This document shows positions 53,086 to 64,000 of a DNA stretch of 64,000 nucleotides, one piece after another; the first letter of the stretch is position 1; the number at the start of each line of letters is the position of its first letter. The notes below the pieces were generated by a model, which saw only the letters and a program-made list of their open reading frames with translations, was not told the DNA's origin and searched no databases. Where the stretch lies: positions 120,156,001 through 120,220,000 of the forward strand of contig JAGIQG010000001.1 of assembly GCA_024679065.1 (NCBI GenBank), given 5' to 3'. The stretch is from Sphyrna mokarran (Eukaryota). The position numbers were made by a program, and so were the translations under genes.

Positions 53086-56000
53086 ATTGATGACCGGCTT
53101 CCCCTCTTGCCTTGAGCCCTCTATTACAGTAATGTTAGAATTACTAAATATCCGCAGCGGAAAATAAATATTTTATCATTGAGTGCTATTATTTTTAGCA
53201 TTGCGCACGAGTATGCAAAACTGCCACATACATTTTCTTGCACAACAACAAACATGCCCAGATACAAACATACATTGTTACTCCAGGTGCCAGCGTACAT
53301 TGCAAAAAGAAGATGTTACAACTGACATTTGATTTGGCAAGCTTTCGCGTAGACATCATGGAAAAGGATGTGATCTGGCTGTGTTTCTCAAGAGAGAGGG
53401 AGTGAATGAAACAAAGTGAATCATTTCACATGGATACCTTCCAGGTGCAATCTTCAAAAGTAATCATTAGAATTCCTCAAATCGTACGACCAGAAAAAAA
53501 AATCTGAAAATTTTACACACGCCAGAGCAAATTGTGTCGGATAGAGCCATCTTGTGCTGTCAGACACATGGTCAAGTGCAGATGCTGGACGCAGCAATGT
53601 TCAATAGACCATATCGCTAATTATCTCAAACGCACACAACATAACACGTAAACCATTTTTCTGACTTAGTTGGGCGATTAGAAATAAAATTTTAGCAAAT
53701 GTTGATATATCTTCAAAACATAATACCTTCGGTAATAACATATTAAGCTCTATTATTACAATGCCGGAATTACCGATTTTAAAGACATGGTACCATTTTA
53801 TAGATATTTTGCCTGGCTGTTTGAAGACACGCATTTTTAAATGAAAACTCTCTGGCGTTAACTTCTTACCCGTGGAAAATTAATAAGGTTGTTTTGTCAG
53901 CTGACAGCCTTTTTAAATATTATTTCACCAGGGAAATCAAAGCTTCGGCTCAGATTATAGGTCGGTATTTTTTGGATTTATGTGATTTACGGTAACCATG
54001 GCAACTAATGCTGACTGTTAGCTCCCCAATTTTCCGCCACAAAAACTCGCAAGATCTTTAATCAAACGAACGGGTCGAGCTTTTACTGTTCATCTTAGTA
54101 GCACATGCAAAGTGCAAGGGACTTCTCTTTACATGTCGATGGAGGCGAACGGGGGAACTGTGATCCGGGTTGCAAACAAATAATTGTGCTAACAGTTTTG
54201 TGGGACGACAGTAACCCCCACGCACCGACCGTACTTGCAATATCCTTTACCAAGAGCACCCCGCTGTCGATCCGCCCTTCCACTTGGTGTAGAAAGCAAC
54301 GCTCTTTGTTTTCAAGAAAATTAAGCTTGAAACTTACACAAATCCTAAATGCCCTTGACAACTAAGCGAGACTTCTGATCTGTGTTGAAAGTATTTGATG
54401 TCCTTCAGGCAACAGGGCTTGACCCAGGAAATGACTGCATAAATATGAAAGTGGTTACGGTGTTACAGTTAATGCTTGTGAACTTGCTGGGCCCGCTAAC
54501 ATTTAACTCACAACTTAAATAATACCCGCGTTTGGATCAGACAGAGAGTTGGATAAAGCACAATTTTTATGATTCAAGCATTTTCACGTAGTAGAATCTT
54601 CCGCTGAGGCTAACTGTAAGAAGCTTACAAGTGAATGTGTATTTAAAAGTTTCTACTCCCAGACGGGATGCTAGGGTGCTTGCAAGTGACTGAAATCAGA
54701 CATTTGACATTTGGAACGTTGTAGCACTGTAAAGGGTTTCCTGTTTTCAATGTGCCATGTTTTAAATACAGACAGTAGTTTTGATAGTTTGGTATTTTAA
54801 CAGGAAGCAGTATAATTCCATGGATATTATGGTGAATAGATTGCATGCATTTCCAAACATGGCCGAGCATCTCACGCTCGCCATCTTGAGATTTCAATAT
54901 CAATGTCTAATTTCTTTCTCAAGAACATATTTTTTGAAATGTATTCACTGAGACCAAACCTACTGACAGTTCCGTCAACATTTACTTGTAAGATTAATAA
55001 ATGCACATTTTAAGAATCAATCTGCATCGAAGGTCTAATATAAAGGCAGCTGTAAACAGCCGAAAAGGCCCAGTGAAAGGACATAATTGACAGAAAGTAG
55101 TCCTGCATTTAATTCAGCTGTTTGAATTGATTATTGTGATTGTGAAAACTGGACTGCAATTCTTATTTTACTGATTGGCGCTGAAGCACTAAAAATGATT
55201 TGGGAAGAGTGCAAGTGTCCAAGTTCACCAAGATTCAGTGAAATGATAAAGACCATTCTATTAGGATTAAAACTAAATTCGAGTTTGAGTACCATAACAA
55301 ATAATGTTTGCCCCAAAGTCTCTTAATAACGCGCGTTTTGCGCCAATGAAGACAAATCCTGATCACTTCAGATGTGGGATAAAAATGAAAATTCGACAAC
55401 AGTCGCCGAAGTCCTTTCAATAAGAACCACAAACTTCTGAAAATTTGCATTCAGTTTGATCTCCTTCATCCCCCCTCAAATTCAAGCTTAATTTTGTTCT
55501 TAATTTTAACACTCACTTGAAGTCAAGGAGGTAATGATAATCCGATGTTAAATCCCTAGCCAGGTTGTACTGTTTGTAGATAGGTTCTCGGCCTGAGGAC
55601 TGGTTCACGTCTTTCTAGGTCACATTCAGCACCCGAGAAGGGAAATATTTACTTTACGTCAGTACTTTATGATCATTTGGGAATTTGAAGAAATTCAATA
55701 AGAAAACTGTCAGAACCCGTTTAAAGCCCAGTTAAAAGACTTAAGCAAATTAGAGTCTTATCAGATTAAAAACCACTACAAATTTAAGAGCGTTCTCTCC
55801 ATCACAATATCACGCGGTTATGCACGGAAGAATCTTGCCAAATCTCGGGGATAGATGATCTTAAAAACAACTAACGAACAGAATACCGATTAATGATAAG
55901 CTTTCGGACAGGGAGCGAATCCAAATATTTATTGCAGATCAGCGTTGTGTCTGTGTGTGTGTTTTATTCAGCTTTAGTGAAATGGTAAACACGGAGGTTG

Positions 56001-57759
56001 AGATACAGAGAGCGGGAAGTGTCAGAACCCCCGTGTCAGTACAAATCCCCCCTTATTAGCCTCGTCACCAGTATTCACGAGCCAGGTTAATCAGGCAAGG
56101 AGCTTTCCGACTTTAGATTTTGCAGCTGGAACCGAACCTGTTTTGCTTATTGAATCAAACACGTCTGAAGAGCTGCCACTGGGCCAGATCTAAGATGCCG
56201 CCTTCACATCTGTTTTGTTCGGAGCCCTTGCCTCCGTCAAATTGAAAATAATTCGAACAACCGGCATTGTCGGGATCCAAAAATGTCTCCTTTTTTTTGC
56301 TGGAGAATTGAAACCGGGTGTTTAAAATGACCAGGCTGAAAAATATTTTTAAAAGTCTCATACTGCAAGCAAAACACACAAATTTTATGCGATTTTTTTT
56401 TCCGGGTGGTAATAAAATCTAAACTCTTCTGTTTAAAACTACATCATAGTAACTAGGCATTATTTATTCGATTTATCCGGCGCTTCCTCGTCGTTCACAT
56501 TCTTTAAGTCTATTGTAAATATTAGTAAAAGAGTAAAGACGCAAACTGGAAATTAAATAGCATGCTGGAGATCTAAAATGCAAACTCAAAATGTTACCAA
56601 CACATCGCAGACTGTTCAGCTCCGGATTGAGATATTCTATCAAAGGTGAAACCAGAAACGTTAACCTATCTCTGTCCTTCAGGTGCTAACCAACCTGTAT
56701 TTCCAAGATCCTTATAAACAAAACCTAACCATTTAATCTTACTCGTTATACTCTAAATCGCGGTAGTTATGGAGAATAATGGGGCTGCTTAACGCTCAAC
56801 CTTTGAATTAATATTGCCCTTGTATGACAAGTCATGCGTGGAATCAAGCTTAGAACTTCAATGCAAACTACGAAAGTATAATAATTTGAATTGTAGATAC
56901 ATATACATACTTAGTTCCTTTTTGTTTTGCGAATGGTTGTTAATATTACTTCGCGATGAAGATGTAATGTAATTCATATCTGTGAATTAACAAATTATTA
57001 CAATTGCAGGTGCAAAACAATGTCAATATTAATAACATGTCGAGAAAACACCTAAATACTGCACATATTTTCCAGAGAAAAAGCAAATGATTACAACATA
57101 TCAACCACGGTGCATATTTTCCAAATTAGTCACGATTCAAAAATTTTTAGAAGTCTTTATTGACGTTGCCAATCTATGCTCTACCAAACAATGAATACAA
57201 ATCGATTCATTGGCAACTTTCTCTAGTAGTAAGAGGGTGGTCGAAAGGATAGCTTCCCCTCTGATTGCTCTTTTATTCAAATAGGTCCTCTGAAAGTACA
57301 TTGCCCATTCAAAAAGAGTGAGTATGTTTACTGCGTGCTTGGCATGGGCAACAATTAATAACTGGGGCAAATCGGTTCATTTGTACGGAATATTGTTTTT
57401 CAACAAGCAGTGATGGGGACACGATTAGGCAGCATACGAAGAGAAATAAGCAATATTCGTGTTTAGTACATGAAGCAAGCAGGGCGATTACCGTGAACTG
57501 ATGTTGTTAATCTGGCTTGAGATTATGTTTCATAACCAAGGAATATTTTAAAAAGTTGCATTGGAAAAAAATAGTTGTGTAACTTAATAGTGAATCTGAA
57601 CAACAAGGTTTGAAGATAGGTTTAAATAAGGGGGTTGAAGACAGACTGAGAAGTGTATAATTTGGGGGTTATAAATCACTAAGACTGCTTTCTCTGCCTC
57701 TCTCCCTCCTCACTGTGGGAAGGGACAGAATTCCAGGTGCATTCTGGGCCCTGCCACCC

Positions 57760-58010
57760 CCGCGCGCCCTCGCGCGTCCGTGACGTCACAAACGTAGAGA
57801 GGGGCGGGCCCCGTCTCCGCTTCACTGATTGGTGTAGTGACGCGCAGGGATTCGGCGGCAACCCCGCCCCCCGGCGCTGCTGACGGGCCGGCAATCCGCG
57901 TCACTCAGTCTGAGTGACAGCCGGGGGGTGGAGGCTGACCAGGAGGAGGAACTGCTGAGGTTATCAGAGGCGGCTCCGCTCTTAAAGCCACTGGTGAAAC
58001 AGGGAGCGCG
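57760..58010 (+). promoter_or_regulatory. pitx2: pitx2c (proximal) promoter, CpG island
   Basis: CRE TGACGTCA 57781-57788, GC boxes at 57801 and 57862, inverted CCAAT 57828-57832, TATA-like CTTAAAG 57981-57987, upstream of the exon 4 ATG. Confidence 0.8.
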
Positions 58011-58380
58011 TTTTGCGGCAGGAACAGCGGCAGTCCGGGGATCCTTATCTGCAGTTACCTATCCCTGTCACTCGGACGCACACATACACAGTGTCAGCCC
58101 GGAATCATTCATTCACTGTCACCCCCTCGTCTGCTTCTTCTCCTCCTCTGGCGCACTTTCATCCCTGCACGGACTTTCTAATGAAGAGAGCAGCACGAAT
58201 GCGCAATTTAAAGAAGATCTGTGCAACTATCTATTGAAGATTTGTGCACGACAGTTCCTGGATCACCACACCCCTAGATCATTACATTCCCCTTTGGACT
58301 TCTCTCGTAGTGTGAGGTGGGCTGCGAGAAATTCAATCCTCTTTGGAAACATCGCACCGGCTGCTTGAATTTGTTTATAG

Positions 58381-58564
58381 ATGAACAGTACAAAAGACCC
58401 GTTGACTTTGGACCACCCTAGAAACAGCAGCAGCGGCAATAAATTGGTGCGGGATCAGGCAGCATTAGCCATGGCTTCGGGTTTGCAACCGATACGAACG
58501 AGCGAGCCCAAGCACCGGCTCGAGGTTCACACTTTATCGGACACCTCCAGTCCTGACACGGGAG
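58381..58564 (+). CDS. pitx2: pitx2 exon 4 coding part (c-isoform N-terminus)
   Basis: MNSTKDPLTLDH...LAMAS...KHRLEVHTLSDTSSP matches Pitx2c; donor G|GTAAGG, phase 1. Exons 4+5+6 = 954 nt, 317 aa. Confidence 0.96.
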
Positions 58565-59264
58565 GTAAGGCCTTTTCCATCTGTATAACACCGCATCGAT
58601 TTCACTTCAGTCGGACATAGTACCACTTCCTTATTTTATGGCATAACTTTATTGCGTCTCAAGACAAAAAATGCAATGCGTTTTGGCATCAGCGATCATT
58701 TTGTTATTCGCTTTGTACGATATGACATATTCAGTGTTTCACATGTTACGTCTGCAAATTGCACCATTCCTGAGTTATATCTATGGGCGCGTGCAATGAA
58801 ATTCTATGCGAATTATTGTATAGTATAATAATAGAACGGGGTATTAAATATTCATTTATTTATTACAGCCTAAAATGGGTCTGTTCGTACTTTAGTCGTT
58901 ATGGGCAAGGAAATATGTACATTTGCCAATGAAGTGATTAGCTTGTTTGCATTTTATAGACTAAGAAAACGCGCTGAGTATACATTCAGAGGTGGAAGTA
59001 ATTTATATACATCATTGCTGTTTCTGCATCAGAGTAGGTGCTTTTTAACTCTGCAAATATACGAATTGAATATATGAAGCAATGCGCAAAAATAAGCTAC
59101 TGTTATTTAAAAGTGAACCAGGGCATTTAATTTAGTCATTTAATCGTGAGGTGCTACGATTTAAACCCGCAATATCACTGTGCTTGTGCACTCAAAGGTA
59201 CTTTTAAAATGCACGATATCTGGTTCGTTATTTCTGGTTGGAGTTACTTTTCTCAGGTGTGTGA

Positions 59265-59546
<282 letters not shown>

Positions 59547-59949
59547 TAATGTTTTCCCGTTGCATCCCCTTCACTATTAGCAGCAATTTCTGTGCTAATT
59601 TTGCACCATCAGTAATTTTTGAAGACAAAACCTGAATCAAACTACAGCAGCGATTTTATAGGATTTGATCATTAATGTAATTCGGTGCATTAATAACTTC
59701 CTTGAATTATTTACTTTAGGCAAGATAGACTCCACAATAGCTTGTCACTATCGCATATTCCTGCTATCTCTTTGTAGCATCCATTAAATAGGGAGATAAG
59801 AAACATTTGAACCTACATTACAGTATTGTCCAGTGTAAAAATCGGCCATAATTTTGTTCTTTCGAAATTAAAGTGCAATATTTATTTCACATTGGAACAC
59901 GGTGCAAACTTGCTAAATAGCGCTTAACAATAGTTTGGCAATGTAGGAC

Positions 59950-60130
59950 ACCAGTTGTGTAAACAATGCTGTGTAACAGGCCATTGTGATATTTGTCTGA
60001 GATCACATCCCAATACACAAATGTGGCTGCGTGCTGAGAAGTCTCGCTGCCCGAATGTGGATTCCAACAACTGTGAAAAAAGGACTTTCCTTAAGATTGA
60101 CGTGATTCATTAGGCTTCACTTAATGCCTC
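59950..60130. promoter_or_regulatory. Asymmetric (left-side) Nodal-responsive enhancer, ASE
   Basis: In the last intron: FoxH1 sites AATACACA 60012-60019 and TGTGGATT 60056-60063, Nkx2 site CACTTAA 60118-60124, SMAD-like GTCT at 59995 and 60041. Position and composition match the known vertebrate Pitx2 ASE. Confidence 0.8.
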
Positions 60131-61382
60131 GGATGGTACATAGATAGATAGTCTGAGAAGCTTTTCCAGTCTTTCTTAGCTGATCCCTGATTGACCAATA
60201 GAAAAGCAGCATAGATTGATGAATGGATTGAACAAAATACTTTGTTATTGGTATCCCAATCATTTATGATTCGCAGCTCCGTGGAGACCCATGAAATTCC
60301 TGTGTTGTACAGGATTTCTATTAACGAAGTCACACTGCTGTTCCTGTATGTGTGACTTTAAAACAGGTAGTGTATTGCGCAATCCAATTGTTTATCTGGC
60401 TATTCCGTGAACAATAAAAGTAGGCTATGTGCATGTTTGTAAATAACGGATTGAGTCAACGTCCAATACATTTTCAACGGTGCACTGCTTTTCTTTCTCG
60501 GAAAAACACACTTCTGAAGGACAATGTGTTTCCGTTCGGCGTGTGTTTCCGAACGCAATAATACATCCTTCAACACATAGCGAGTGGAATTTTACTCATT
60601 TGCTTTCACGATGCACTTTCCGTCCTTACTGTACTACATCTGAATTATTAATTCACTAAACCTTCCAGATGACAAACAAGTGAGAAGCAGCAGGCCTTCA
60701 AGTCACAGCATTCACAATCGATTATGTTGTAGCTATCCAGTTAAGACGTACTCGTGGAATTGTTTCATATAACCATATTTTGGATTCACGTGTGTCACAC
60801 TGTTTAGTTCACTTCGCATTCATTTGGGCTTGTCTTTCACACACGGAAACAGAATCAACTATAATGCACATTGAAGGATCAGTTTTCCAATAAAAAAATC
60901 CTGCCAGCGTTTTCGTGATGTTGAGTACTTCCGAAAAGCTGATGAGATGTGTTGCTAAATCTCTCCGTGCTTCTTAATAATACATCTGAAACAAATGTTA
61001 AGGGTCGCCTGAAGGTGTTATTGAATGACATCATTTTTAAAGTCGTTGATTTATTTATTCGGAAATTCAGTAATTAAATGTCCCATTTAAATTAATGATA
61101 TGATTTAAGTTTTTTTTTGCATAACTTATGTTTCTCAGTTAAGGATTCAATGGGTTAGTCTTGTTATATATTTGTAATAAAGGACCTATTACCTGTTTGT
61201 ATATCCGTTACACCAAATACTTTGACTCCTCGGTGATTGAAAAACCACAGATCTGACTGATTTATTGGGTCCCAAAAGGACAAGCTGATGTTTGCTGGAG
61301 CTGAATTCGAACTGGACCCATTTCATGTGTGTTATATCTGTTATATTTGAAAAGTACAGATGGTTTAGATGTGTGCTGATGA

Positions 61383-62015
<633 letters not shown>

Positions 62016-62710
62016 AAGATAAGAGGACACTTCTCAGACTGATGAACTCCGAGAAATAATTTAAAATATAATGGGCACTACAGATGAAACCACTGAACCT
62101 GTGTAGCTAAACCCCACAGAGCCGACTTTCTAATTTAAGGGAAAACGCGCAAGTGATATTTCCTCCCTTGACACCCCGTTTGCAAATATTTTTCATCAGA
62201 TAAAGGGACGTTTGATGGTTAAAAGAAATACGCTGATTATTTGACTGGATATCACCTTTATTAATACTATATAAGCTTGTTATTTTTAAGTTCAGCATTG
62301 TGATAATAAAAAAATGTTTGGCGGAACGGATGTGTATATATCGAAATGTCAAATTAATTTTATAAAAGCAATTGTTAGTTAATATCACGCCAGTGTTTTT
62401 GAAGTTACATTAAAAAATAAAGCATGTCACGCGGAAGCTTGAAGGAATATTTCCGCTTAAAAGCGAGAGAATGTATATACTAACTGCAACACCTGTATGT
62501 TTCTAACACTATTATTAATTATTATTATTAAAAGTCTGTGTGGATATCAGTTTTAAGACTAGTACCTCTGGTTGTAAGATTCAGTGATGTTCTGGAAAAA
62601 AACATTCATGTACAACTTATTCTGTGTATAAAATTGGTTACGGCATTACGCGTTTATTTTGCAAGTCAAACATGTGCACACCTGGGACGAAAAAATATAC
62701 CGTGAAATCA
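62016..62710 (+). other. pitx2: pitx2 3'UTR
   Basis: AT-rich sequence after the stop; AATAAA at 62305-62310 and 62416-62421; the 3' end is not determinable from sequence. Confidence 0.65.
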
Positions 62711-64000
62711 TTTTGTCTAACTGGATCGTTTTTGTATCGAAGTATTTAATCCACAAAAGTGCAATTTCTCAAAAAAGATGTATACAAACTTAACACAAAG
62801 GGTTATCCACCTACGCTCCACTCCACACAGTCCTGACACGAAAAATGAATCCTTATTTTTAAAGACTGTAACAGCCCCATCACTAACATGTCTATCTCAT
62901 TCCCATCCCTGGAGTGTTCGCTTTCCTCAGAAGTCGATTGCGCTGAGTTCGAGAAACCCGGGCATATTTACTTCTGAAAGCAAAACAACCAACTGAAAAT
63001 CAGGCGATCCGGTCAATCTGTAGCCGGAGAATATTGTAAGATTTAACGCATCATTGAAACAAGTCAGTATAGAGCGCTGTATAAATTGATGGCGAATGAA
63101 GATGATCAGCGCGGCGAGGTTAGCTTGATTGAAAATAATGCAATAATGTCACTGAAGGTTACGTTCGGACTGATTCCCAAATAATTGCTGTTCAAACAGG
63201 CGGATTGTTTTGTTGAAGGTAGACAATGTGTGCAGATCGTAACTAATACCAGGCTTTCTCTCCGTTTTGTAACAGATTTGGGGGTAAGAGGCATTTTTCA
63301 GAACCACGGGTTCAAAGGTCATATTACATTTCAGACGACTTTATTAGGCTTTTGTTACCTTATTAAAGGTCAGACAGTTTGTGTTTGGTTATTAATAATG
63401 TTGATCCAGCATCCTCATGTGTGGGGCCTGTTTGCACATTAAATCATACAGGATTATGTCGTGTAGAGTGCATAATGAGAGTGCAAATGAAGATAAATTA
63501 TACAGTAGTTCACCAGCCACATGGTCTGAATCGGATGTTGGGGGGAGGAGGGGGGAGGGACGGGGGGGGGCGCTGCTGGTGATGAGCGCTTTCTATACCA
63601 AGCATGAAAAGACAGTGCTTTTTTTGCTGATAAAAGAATAGAACGGCAAAGGAAGTGTTTTTATTGACTTCACAAGATATTTTGAAAAATCAAAAGTTTG
63701 GAAAGTGAAAAGCTTCCTTTCGAAGTCTGCACTGAAACAGCAACCTCCCATAGGTAGACTTGTGAACTTTATGACACCACTTAAGACTGAGATCAAAGAT
63801 TATTTTAACGTTTAATGAAAGATTGTATATTGACTCTCCATAGCGCCATGACATTAATGGAGAGCAAAGACAAAGGGGCTAGTTGAAATCACCTTCCAGT
63901 GTAGTTTTCACCAGCACTGACGCAGACAGTTTTGTGGATTGGGAGATCTTTGCCATTCAAACCCCTGGGGAAGATTATGCAACGTTAATTTACTCAAGCG

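Noticed and set aside
56555-56710. Degenerate repeat of a type that can carry a hammerhead ribozyme
   Set aside because: GAAAC is present but the CTGATGA core is not (TTCTATCA instead), so no functional ribozyme can be supported.
57928-58368. 146-aa ORF upstream of pitx2c
   Set aside because: Starts at GTG, spans promoter and 5'UTR, stops before the ATG, no recognisable protein.
62748-63940. Isolated FoxH1 matches (AATCCACA 62748, TGTGGATT 63933)
   Set aside because: Single 8-mers 1.2 kb apart without partner motifs; expected by chance.

Overview
Vertebrate genomic DNA, very probably a cartilaginous fish (inferred from the repeat content: CR1-type LINEs, HE1/V-SINE-like and SacSINE1/DeuSINE-like SINEs, Harbinger and hAT relics). 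The right third holds the complete coding region of the homeobox gene pitx2 on the + strand: a/b-type exon 2 (47942-48001, MDANCRKHCVEL), b-specific exon 3 (49164-49298), c-specific exon 4 (ATG 58381-58564), and shared exons 5 (59329-59534) and 6 (61452-62015), encoding a K50 homeodomain and an OAR domain. Two candidate promoters, a FoxH1/Nkx2 left-side enhancer (ASE) in the last intron and a 3'UTR with miRNA seed matches are recognisable. Most unusual points: (1) the canonical exon2-to-exon5 (Pitx2a) junction reads T|AA, a stop codon, so in this sequence the b exon is required for an open frame from the a/b start; (2) a separate CpG-rich E2F/YY1/ETS promoter at about 38.5 kb with a minus-strand donor leads into phase-consistent but decayed exons with weak CCDC73-like similarity; (3) a second decayed exon chain on the + strand at 0.8-5.4 kb. 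Positions 1-37 kb are dense in transposon relics; 38-64 kb is transposon-poor and keeps its CpGs. No prokaryotic-type system (CRISPR, defence island) is present. Repeat boundaries are approximate and family names come from motif recognition, not database searches.
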